From NCBI GenBank assembly GCA_051294375.1, contig CM119268.1, positions 6,429,462 through 6,493,461 of the forward strand: a stretch of DNA of 64,000 nt, in the 5' to 3' direction. Source of the stretch: Paraspadella gotoi. Its lineage: Eukaryota; Animalia; Chaetognatha. The translations under genes were made by a program, and so were the position numbers. The stretch's first letter is position 1, and every line of letters starts with the position of its first letter. The notes below the pieces were generated by a model that did no database searches, had not been told where the DNA came from, and saw only the letters and a list, made by a program, of their open reading frames with translations. Positions 38,318 through 49,575 of the stretch are shown in pieces.

Positions 38318-39038
38318 AGAGAGAGAGACGAGGAGAGAGAGCGAGAAGAGAGAGAGAGAGAGAGGAAGGAAGAGGGACAAAGAGGTTGAGGGAGGGAGAG
38401 AAAGGGAAAGGAGAGAATAAAAAAGTAAGAATTAGAAAGAGGTACAGTGGAAAGAAAAGGGTTTTGCGGAAATAAAAGTTGGGGATGTAACATCCGGGTA
38501 TTTCTTGATAAAGAGAACGAAAAAGTTTTTTGCGGAAGAAGGAATGAGATTTTAAAGTGAGGAAGAAATGAGAGGGAAAGTTGTAATTGGCGAAAACTTT
38601 TAAAAACTCTTGCCAAGAAAGAGGGAGGAATTGTGAGTGGAGTGAGAGAGTGTTTCGGTGAAAGTTCACGGAGTTGGGGGTGAGTTAAATGATGATAATT
38701 GGAAAGAATGAGGAGAAGGAAAAGAAGAATATGGAAAGAGAAACAAACTTGAGTCATCAGGAAAAGAGAAATGACAGGAGAGAAGAGAAGGGGTTGAAGC
38801 GGGGCGGCAGAGGAGAGAAAGAGTGAGGAGGGGGAAATCAAGAAAGAACGGAGGGAAAATAGGAGGCGGGACGGAAAAAGAGTGCGCGAAGTATATGAGA
38901 GCAGAGAGAGTGGAATTTAAAGAAAATAAAGCAAAGAGAAAAGGCGGTCAAAGTGGCAAGTGAGAAAAGCGAGTGAGAGACGAAAAAGACAAAGTCGAGA
39001 GAGAAAGAGAAAGAGAGCAGAGAGAGGAGAGGAGAGAC

Positions 39039-39072
<34 letters not shown>

Positions 39073-40654
39073 ACGAGAGAAGAGAGAGAGAGAGAGAGAG
39101 GAGAGATGAGAGAGAGAGGAGACCAAAGCATGAGTGGACAAGCGCTGGCAGTGGGAGGTCGGGGGTTGGGAAGATTAGGGGAAGAGAGGAGCAGAGGAGA
39201 AGAATAGAGAGAGAGAGAAGAGAGAGAGGAGAGAGAGAGAGAAAGAGGATAGAAGAGAACTGAGAGAGATTTTAATTGTTTCCTCTCGCGTCATTTTATT
39301 CCCCCGTTTGGCATATACAAGCGACGCGGCCGAAGCTGGAGAGAGGAAGAAATGCGACAATGAAAAAAACAAATTCTTCGAGATAAAAATAAAATAAATT
39401 TAAAAAAAGCTAGAGAGAGAGCAGAGAAGACGAGAGAGAGAGAGAAAAGAGAGAGAAGAGAGAGAGAGAGAGAATATTCTTGCGCGTGAAAGAGAGAGAG
39501 ATATAACCCTGGACTTTTTCCCCACAACGTGCTTTTCTCAATGTTAGGTCGAAATCTATGGCTTTAGTTTTCAAAATTCATTTATTTAATTTAAATTAAA
39601 GTTATTGACTTTCTAAAACTAAATATATTTATAATCAAAGATTTTCTTTTGATATTTTTTCTATAAATCTTTCGCAATTCGCACGAGGAACTCCCGTCTT
39701 TCCAACCTTTTCTTTCGAAAGACTCGGACCCAACAACCGCGAAAGAGAGAATCCTCTGCGCCGCTCATTTGCATATGGCGAGTTTTAATTAGAATTATTA
39801 GATAGCAGCAGAGACCGGCGCGGGCCGCGGAGNNNNNNNNNNNNNNNNNNNNNNNNNNNNNNNNNNNNNNNNNNNNNNNNNNNNNNNNNNNNNNNNNNNN
39901 NNNNNNNNNNNNNNNNNNNNNNNNNNNNNNNNNNNNNNNNNNNNNNNNNNNNNNNNNNNNNNNNNNNNNNNNNNNNNNNNNNNNNNNNNNNNNNNNNNNN
40001 NNNNNNNNNNNNNNNNNNNNNNNNNNNNNNNNNNNNNNNNNNNNNNNNNNNNNNNNNNNNNNNNNNNNNNNNNNNNNNNNNNNNNNNNNNNNNNNNNNNN
40101 NNNNNNNNNNNNNNNNNNNNNNNNNNNNNNNNNNNNNNNNNNNNNNNNNNNNNNNNNNNNNNNNNNNNNNNNNNNNNNNNNNNNNNNNNNNNNNNNNNNN
40201 NNNNNNNNNNNNNAAAAAAGAGAGAAAACTCGGCGAGGAAAAGAAAGGAGATTTAAAGTGAAGAAGACAGGGAGAGAAAAGTATAAAAGGAAAAGGTTTG
40301 AAGAAAAAGAAGCGAAGGAAAAAGAGAAATTAGAAGACACAACTGGAGAAAATCATAAGAAGAGAGAAGAGAGAGATGAGAAAGAGAGAGAAGAGAAGAG
40401 AGAGAGAGATGAGACGAGAGCACGAGAGGAGAGAGAGAGAAAGAACAGTTTTATATTAAAAAAACACCATTTTTGACTTACACATCCTTACTCAGCATCC
40501 AAAACTCAACTCTTCCATTTTTAAACATTCAGCTTTGACTCAAGATTAACTTATTTTTCCTCACTCTAATCGCAGTAATCCGTTAACTTACTTTTCGATC
40601 TTTCTCGAATTTTTAACCGTCTGGTGGACTAAAATCCACCAATCGTTCATCAGC

Positions 40655-40724
40655 GGCCATTGGTGCCGGAGGTTCTCGCCCTGTGGTCGCCTAGCAGTTA
40701 AGAGGGAAGGGGCGCTAAACCCGC
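40655..40724 (+). ncRNA. Candidate degenerate HDV-like self-cleaving ribozyme
   Basis: P1 GGCCAT/GTGGTC, P3 AGG/CCT around loop TTCTCGC, J4/2 GCTAAA, P2 GCCGG/CCCGC with one mismatch; P4 weak. Confidence 0.35.
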
Positions 40725-43195
40725 CTGTAGCATGGTGTTACTGCCTGTTCCGAAGCTCAGGGACTGCTTATATTGAACGGTTTTGTCACTAACACATAAC
40801 AATTATCACTGTCTCTTCAACCGTATCATTTATTACCAAGTAGTGTATAAGGTAGAGGTATAAAGCCAGGTAGAAATGGTTTACAGTAATACGTTAAAAC
40901 ACGAAAAAAAAGTTATAAAATTTTTAATTTTTTTCTTTATTTTTTTAAAAAGTATTGTTGAAACAATTATAATAATTATAAAATCAGGACTTAAATTTTA
41001 AAAATGCTAAAACAAAAGATAAAAAAATATTCAGTGACAAAAATACGACAAAGGTTTTAACAAAAGACAACGAATAAGGCATCCTGTATCCTATATCCTA
41101 TAAAAAACGCTACATACATGACATTAAAATTGCAACGGATTTTATAAAAATTAATGACTGTACCAATTGTTATTTGTGCTTCACTTAAGGACTATGTGCC
41201 GAGCACAAATGATCACAATAGTTGTGACAAGGATTTACAAAAGCCATACTTTTACCGGTCTGATCTTTTGTTGAAAATTCCCAAGGATAGAACGGCCCCT
41301 ATTGAAAGATCAAAAAACAAAAGTAAAAGACAAAAACAAATGAAGGATTTTTACTACGTCAACGAGTAATATAATCATAAACGGATACCAGACAAAAGTT
41401 TTAAATTATTGACCACCAACAAATTTATACTAATTGAAATAAATCCAGTCCCGAAGCTAATAAAAATAATGGCTGATTTTGATACTTACTTCCCAAGCTA
41501 ACAAAGCATTACAGAAAGATTTCCGAGCGCAGTCTAGTTAAAAAATCTACACGAGTAATAAAATAGAAAGAAGAAAAATAGAAATAAATATAGAAAGAAA
41601 GTAAGAAAGGAAGAATAAAAGATAAAAAGAGAGAAAAGATGTACGAAAGGGTTTGGCAGATGGAGTTCGGAGGGAAAAAAAAGAGAGATAGAGTCTTAGA
41701 GAGACAGGAGGGAGAAGAGAGACGAGAAAGAGACGAGAAGATGAGACGAGATGAGAGAGAGAGAGAGAGAAAATATGAATAGAAAATGTAGAAGGATGAA
41801 AACTCTAAAAATACAGGTGGGAAAAAAAAAGGAGGAGAAAAGGAATGGAGGAGAAAGAAGGCTTACCGAGGTAAAGACAAGTAAGGAAAAACAAAAAAGT
41901 AAAACAACAACAACAACAACAAAAAAAGGAAAAAAAGAAAGAAGGGGGAGAAGGAAAAAAAATTGGGAAAAGGAGAGAGAGCGAAGGGGAACAGAAAAAG
42001 AAGATCGGAATAAGAACAAGAACAAGAACAAAAACATTCAAAGGAGTAGAACGTGGAAATGACGACGACAACAACAACAACGACGACCCCAGCGGGATGG
42101 ATAGAAGGAATTCGGAGATTGAGGGGGGGAGAAGACGAGACGGGAGGAAAGAAGGAGTAAAGGGAGGAAACGAAAGGTTTTTGGACGAGGAGGAGGGTCG
42201 CGAGGGAGGAAAAGAAGTGGAGGAAGAAGAGTCTCTGCATGCAAATAAGTTTGGAACCGAAGGCGGAGGAGGAGGAGGAGGAGGAGGAAGAGGAGGAGGA
42301 AGGGGGCGAAGCGGCGAAGAATAAGGGGAACACGTGTCGCGAATGCGAATTCAACGCAGAAGCGAAAAATGGAAGAATTTTTGGTGAATTGGGAGGAAGT
42401 AGCGGAGAAGGGGAGAGAGGGAGAGAGGGAGGGGACAAGTGGAAGACTGGGTAGAGGGGATGAAAAAATGTCGAGGGAACAAAGGATCTGGGATAATTAA
42501 AATGTTACAATAGATTATTTTAATTCAACGCAAAACGTCAAAAGGTTTTTTTTTTGACCAAGTGTCGCTTCAACTTCCGGAAAAGTGAAAAGAAGGAAAA
42601 GAATTTTCGGCGGCGAAGGAATTTAAATAATGACGGAAAAATTAGAAAGACATAGGATGGTAAGTGATAGAGAGGAATGGGAGGGTAAGTGGGAGGGTAA
42701 GTTTAGGACAGGGAGGGTAGTGCGAAGGGGAAGTGAGAGAGGGAGGCGCAGCGGTCAAAGTGGGAGAGCAGTTGAGAGGAAGAGGTGGGGGAGAGGGCAG
42801 AGGAAAGATGGAGGATGGACGGGGAAGGGAGGAAAAGAAGAAGAAGAAGAAGAAGAAGGAAGAAGAAGAAGAGAAAGAAGAAAGAAGCAAGAGAAGAAGA
42901 AGAAACAGAAACATAGGAGGAGATAAAATAAAACTCTTGATGTTGAAGTTTGTGGGAATCGAGTAGCGAGAGTTGAACGACATGTAGAGAGAAAGAAAGC
43001 TAAATTGTGTATAAATAAAAACTGGGAAATTGTGCTATAAAATAAAAAAAATTAAAAAAATATATATCACGAAAGAAAAAAAAATTGTTCGCTTCGCAAA
43101 AAGTTTTGGGCTAAAAAAAAAAGAAGTAGGGAGGCTGACTGTGACGTCTGGAAGGACGGGGACGCGCGACTTTCATTCTTTAGTCACTTCACGCC

Positions 43196-43321
<126 letters not shown>

Positions 43322-44055
43322 TTTTCTTTTTACTATCATCTCCTTTTCCCTTCTCCACAAACAATTCTATTCCCTCTCTCTGTCACTTCTCTTTCTAAAG
43401 TCCCTGGCCAATGGATTTAAGGTTTATTCATTAAGTTCCACCATAAACCCTCGGGTTTTTTATTTTAATGAAGGGGGTATGAAATACTACCGCTACAATC
43501 GGTAATTTATACATAAAATGTATAATTAGTCAATTTAGACACATACAGTACCGCTGGATAATATTCCATTGAAAACCTAAAATTGTCAGAAACGGTTTCG
43601 TGGGAACTTTGGAAATTGCAGAATCTTTCGGTTGCCAGCTTTGCCAACTTGGATCGAGGGGATACCCTCTTGAAAGTTTCTGTCATTCTGTCATCTTTTT
43701 CACAATATTGTCATTGTCCCTAAAAAGTCGCCGTCGTAATCGTCGTCATCGTCTACCGTCACCGTCATTGTCTTCGTAATCTCCCACGTTGTCATCGTAA
43801 TCGTCATCGTTGCAAATGGTCATCGTCACTGTCGTCTTTGTCATCGTCTTTCTCATAAGCCACGTCTTTGTCATTGTCATCCTCCTCTTCACCCTTGTCA
43901 TCATCATCGTCTCCCACGTCTTCGTCATCGTCGTCTTCCATTGGCACAATCTTCATAAATCTCCGGGCGCCTCGACGTTTTAACGGCGCCGAGTCGACGA
44001 TTCCAAAGGAGAATCTTCCGCTCGCGCGACGCCACATCCGGGGGAGGAGCACCAA

Positions 44056-44262
44056 TGATGGGGAAGATCTTTGGAGGCGCGAAAATTGATGGGGAAGACT
44101 CTTTGGAGTAGCGAGTTTGATGGGGAAGACTGTTTGAGAGAGCGGAAGTGATGGGGCAAACTCTTTGGAGGCGCGAAAATTGATGGGGAAGACTCTCTGG
44201 AGGTACGAGTTTGATGGGGAAATGATGGGTTAGATCTTTGGAGTTTGATGGCGAAGACTCTG
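44056..44262. repeat. About 31-bp minisatellite (tgatggggaagactctttggaggcgcgaaaat-like), 6-7 degenerate units
   Basis: Recurrent tgatgggga(a/c) anchors at about 31-32 nt spacing. Confidence 0.8.
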
Positions 44263-46168
44263 TGAACGTGATGTAGCTTGATGCCGAATTCCTCTAATTC
44301 ATGCCTGACAAAGCTGATTCCTGAATCATCTTTAAACCCAAAACTCTTGAGGAAAGCAGAAAACCTTTCATCCCTCGAAGAAGGAGATAAAGACGTCGGC
44401 CCTGAGTATCGAGACATCCGGGGGACATCCGGGGGACATCCGCGGGTCATCCGGGAGGCGAGAAGTAATAATCCTGAGCTGAGTCTGTCGCAGAGAATGA
44501 AGAAGAGCTCGACTCGGAAAAGGAAAATGGCGTCACGAGCGATGAACGTAAGTTGTTGATTACTAGATTAACTTTGTGCAATATGTGTAACTGTAAGATA
44601 CGAATTTTTTAAATTTCCCTTCGAATAATATACCGGCGATAATTTTAAATATTAATATTTCTATATTTTAGGATTAATCTAGACACACACACAAAAGTCT
44701 ATGAGCCGAATTGTGACGGAGTTGTGAGAATGCGACGCGCGATCTCTGAGCGGTTCGATCGCTTCTCACTCGAAGCGAAAATCGCTTCCGCTTCCGAGTC
44801 TCTCTGACTCTCTCTCACTAGTCGAAGAGACGAAGCTCGCTAATCGCCGACTCGCGTCAAAGTCCAAAATCAATAAAAAGGTAAAAAAAAAGGGAGAGAG
44901 ATAGAGAGGGAGACACCGAGTCGAGAAAAAAAAAGGCGTTTTATTTACAAAGTCTCGCGCTAAAGCCAGTAAATGTTGGGAGCGGTCCCCAGCGGGGCCA
45001 GCCGGTGACCTCGTGACCTCTCACGTCAATCCACAATTTTCAAAACTCTGAAGAGAAAAAAAAAAGGAGAGAGAAAAAAAAAACTCCTCATCAACATTCT
45101 AACCCTTCGCTCGCTTCGTCCCTTTCCACTTTCTTTCCTTTTCTTTCCTTTCTTCTCTTTCTTTTCTTTCCTTTCATCTCTTTCCTTTCTCTCGCTCTTC
45201 GTCCCTTTCCACTTTCTTTCTTTTTCTTTCCCTCTTCTTTCCTCTCTTTCCTTTCTCTCGCTCTTCGTCCCTTTCCACTTTCTTTCCTTGCCTTTCTTTT
45301 CCTCCTTCACTTTCCTTTCTTTCTCCTCGCTCCTCGTCACTTTCCACTTTCCCTTTTTCCTCTCTTTTCTTAGTTTCTTTTCTTTCCTTCCTTCTCTTTC
45401 TAATTTTTTTCGGGCCTCGTTTCTTTCCACTTTCTATCTTTTTTTTTTCTTCACTCATTCCTCACCTCCTTCTTCCCCGGGAAAGGGGTCCTCTGCAGCA
45501 ATCGCCCTCTTGCCCCTTCTTCCCCTCTCACCCTCCCCATCTCCCCTTCCACTAATTCCGATCACGAACAATGCCCAATAATATACCAACCAAGTTTCGG
45601 CCCCTTTTCACCCGCTGACTCTAAACCGCTTTGTGTATACCACCCGCTCAGACATCGGTCTCTGACCAGAGTCGTTTCAAGACCGTCCCATTCTCTCTCC
45701 CCGTCCGCTCGGCTCCTCCATTTCCCGTCCCCCGGGGCGGGGTCACGTACCTCTAACCCCCACCACTCCCACCACACCCACCACTCCCGCCTCTCATCCC
45801 CCTTCTTCACCGGCTCATCAAGTTTTCTCCTCAGCACTCGAACTAATTTAGCACGGGGTGACCTTCGGGCTTCGGCCACCATTTCAATCGTTGGCTTAAC
45901 AACAACAATCGCCGCTCTTTTTTTTTTCGGTTCTTTTTCTCTCTAGAGCGAGTCCGTCCGTCCCTCGGTACGTCCGTCCGTCATTTCGAGAAGAAACTGA
46001 CTACATACGTACGTACACGCGGACATTACGTATTCTGAAGGAAAAATCGGTTAAACTTTAGTATTCTTTGTCTCTTTCTTTTTTCTTTCTTTTTTGCTTT
46101 CTTTCTTTCTTTCTTTCTTTCCTTCCATCTTTCCTTTTTTTTTCTGTTTTTCTCACTTTTTCTTTCCT

Positions 46169-46224
<56 letters not shown>

Positions 46225-46952
46225 TTCCTCTTTCTTTCTTTCGCCCTTTCTCTTTTTCGTGCTGAAAACTTTATTCCATTACAATACAACACGACGATTT
46301 TTCGATATTCGCAGGTCGCAAACGCGTTATCAAAAACCGTTTTTTTCAAAGTTACAAAATGGCCTCACGTTCGAATCATCGGTTGAATATCCGTATTATC
46401 GCATGCGACCATATTGACGATTTTTTTCGAATTGCCCATCGTTCGTCGTCGTCGTTTGTTGTTCGCTCTTGTCCATCACGCTATGATCTGATTATTTCCA
46501 GGACTTACCTTAGAGAGAGAAGACGAGAGAGAGAGGCCTGAGCAGAGAGAGAGAGAGATGAGAGAGAGGAGAGAGAGATGATGAGACGAGAGACGAGAGA
46601 GACAGTGAGAGAGAGAGAGAGGCAGCGCTTTCTCGCTTTGCGTGTTTACGAACGGCATGCCAAAGCCAGGGTGTATATTCAATTTTCTGGAAGTATGAAT
46701 TTTTATTTTTGGCTTTCGGTTTCTTTGGCTTCTTGACAGTATAAAAGCTAAGTTCTTTTTAATTCAAGATATAAACAAAGTGTTGCGATTACTATGAAAC
46801 TTATTTAACGCTAAATTTGTTTTTAAATTTTTCTCAGCTTAAATTGACTCTTTTTCCTTCTAAAAATAAAAGTAGCTTGAGTAAGGCATATTAACGCTAC
46901 TTAGTTTCACTTTCGTAAACCCAGATAAATGATTACCGAATGCTTCTATTAT

Positions 46953-47185
46953 GGCAACAGCCGGGTTGCCTGTGATGCCCCATTGGATGTGGCATTCACT
47001 GTTGGCTTTGGGGGCTTCCGCATCCTCAGTGACGCCTCCAGTCACTGGCGGGCGTTACCCTAGGAGGGTCTCGGTTTGCCAACGCAGAGGGAAGTCGTCA
47101 AGACCTAGTGGATGAACACTACGCCTGGGATTGGTCGGAGGCCCTGAACGATGGTGGACGTGAGGGGCTGTAATATACCGCCACA
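46953..47185. repeat. Dispersed GC-richer structured repeat (SINE-like or retroelement UTR)
   Basis: Homologous to 35015-35252 with substitutions and a divergent middle; internal hairpin cagtgac-N7-gtcactg. Confidence 0.75.
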
Positions 47186-47207
47186 CTATATAATAAAATT
47201 AACAATA

Positions 47208-47853
47208 CTGACCACTGGTGTGACCAGTAACTTCTAGTTATCTCAAAAAAATTTCTTTTTTCCTTCTATTACTAGATCGATTTTCAATGAAACTTTTTGA
47301 ATTAGTTCATTGGGTTGTTGCACTGAAGCTTTTAAATATTTATTAATATATAACAAATGAAAATAATTTTTTTTTAATTTTTATTTTTTAAGAACGGATT
47401 CCTATAGAGCTTGAAAAGTTAAATGAAAGATATTACTACAATTTTTAAAAATTTTGATAATAAATTGGTTAAAAATAGAAAAAGCCTTAAAAAATACTCA
47501 TCATCATTGGCCGAATTTTATGGTTTTTTAAAATTGGCTACCAAATTTTTATCAATAAATCAAACAAATTTTAAAAAGTTGTATCAATAACCTTTATCTA
47601 ACTTTTAACACTCTAACAGAATAATTAAAAAAAATTGAAAAATTAAAAAAAAATTTTCAACTTTATATAGTAATAAAATAATCTTTAAATGCTTTCGTGC
47701 GCTAATCAATAAGATAAATTTTTAAAATTATTTTTATTTTCATATTCTCTAACAGTCACTTAACCATTATTTATTTGAGAGACCTTCTAGTTTTCAACCA
47801 GGTTAATGACAGCTAGCTTGCATTCGTTTTTCCAACCGATGGTCACTGGTCAG
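47208..47853. mobile_element. Degenerate foldback/MITE-like element
   Basis: Long imperfect inverted repeat: 47320-47460 is roughly the reverse complement of 47565-47700; ends ctgacca...tggtcag. Confidence 0.6.
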
Positions 47854-49337
47854 AATCGATTTTCTATCTCTTTCTCAAAATTAAAAAAGGCTTCTTTTCG
47901 GTGACAAGTAAAGCTTTTTTTTTTCGTTTAATGACAAGGATAAAAAAATAAGTAAAAAGAAATTAACAAATACATTTGGCAAAATAATGAATCACCAATA
48001 TACCGAATTATACCATGATTCTTTTACAACGGTGGTTTCGTGTGTTTGTGTGTTATTTGGTTTGTAGTTGTTGCTGTTGTCCAGTTAATGCTGATAACTG
48101 TATGTACAATACGTCGGTAATCACATTAATAACAATTTTTTTTTCAGGGAGGGGAAAGGAGTGTGGGAGGGGAGCCGTTCATTCATTCATTCATTCATTC
48201 ATTCATTACAAAAAGCTCATTCATTCAAACGTTCGTATGAATTGACTCAACGCAAAACGATTTCAATTTTAGTCACAAACTTTGGCTGAACAAGTTTTTC
48301 TCTCTCTCTTTTTTTTTCTCAAAATCCGGTTAAAAAATAAAAGAGTTCACGATCAGGACTCGAGTTTAACATACTTTATGCCATAACACTGTATGCATGA
48401 GACTGTATGCATTTAAAACATAGAGAAATTAGAGCGTTCAACCGGAGACAGGATACATAATTTACAGTACGAATCCAAAAAACGTGCCGACTACCACGTA
48501 GTATATCGAGCGTTACGGCATTACTCGCACGGGGGCGTTTCTTTCAAAACTATCGTAATTTTCGGCATTTCCGTTACTGCAATCATGAGAAAAAACTGTC
48601 GGCACGGCGGCCATTTTGGATGAAGATGACCGAAGGTTTTAATTGTAATTAATTCGTTTGTGTTTTGTGTTTTTAAATTTAAGCCAAGCAAATATTTTTT
48701 TTAAATGGATCCACTTGATTNNNNNNNNNNNNNNNNNNNNNNNNNNNNNNNNNNNNNNNNNNNNNNNNNNNNNNNNNNNNNNNNNNNNNNNNNNNNNNNN
48801 NNNNNNNNNNNNNNNNNNNNNNNNNNNNNNNNNNNNNNNNNNNNNNNNNNNNNNNNNNNNNNNNNNNNNNNNNNNNNNNNNNNNNNNNNNNNNNNNNNNN
48901 NNNNNNNNNNNNNNNNNNNNNNNNNNNNNNNNNNNNNNNNNNNNNNNNNNNNNNNNNNNNNNNNNNNNNNNNNNNNNNNNNNNNNNNNNNNNNNNNNNNN
49001 NNNNNNNNNNNNNNNNNNNNNNNNNNNNNNNNNNNNNNNNNNNNNNNNNNNNNNNNNNNNNNNNNNNNNNNNNNNNNNNNNNNNNNNNNNNNNNNNNNNN
49101 NNNNNNNNNNNNNNNNNNNNNNNNNNNNNNNNNNNNNNNNNNNNNNNNNNNNNNNNNNNNNNNNNATACGTTTCAAATCAAATTCCTATCACTTGATCAG
49201 TTGATTTTTTTTCTTTCGGTTTCGTCAATTTAGGCGATGATTAATAATCATTGATTAATAATCATTAATAATCATTAATAATTATTGATTAATAATCATT
49301 GATTATCCAGCGTCCGACTTCCTCCTCTTCTTCCTCC

Positions 49338-49575
49338 TCACGATTCTTTCTCTTTCTTAATTTTCACTCCCGCCGCCACGGCCGCAGCGGCCGCCGCTGA
49401 CGCGGGCCCGGGCGCTCCGCTGACGCCTCCGCCTCCTCCTCCGGCCTCCTCGCCCAGGATGGTGACGATCTCCCCCTGCATGAAGGCCCACGGGACGTTG
49501 GAGCCCAGAAGGGGACACTTTTCTCCCGAGGGGCAGTAGACTTCGGCTCCCGCCCCCTGCCGCTTGATGGAGGCT
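49338..49575 (-). CDS. IRF2BP: IRF2BP terminal exon, second half of the RING
   Basis: [42 protein letters not shown]...VKIKKEKES*. Confidence 0.93.

Noticed and set aside
40590-40655. CTGATGA...GAAA on the - strand suggesting a hammerhead ribozyme
   Set aside because: Stem II does not close correctly next to GAAA, and stems I and III cannot be formed
44056-44262. Regularly spaced about 31-bp units superficially like a CRISPR array
   Set aside because: Whole units are mutually similar (minisatellite), there are no unique spacers or cas genes, and the context is eukaryotic
46490-46680. Strong - strand donor (AAG/gtaagt at about 46508) as a distant first exon
   Set aside because: Embedded in (CT)n repeat with no further support
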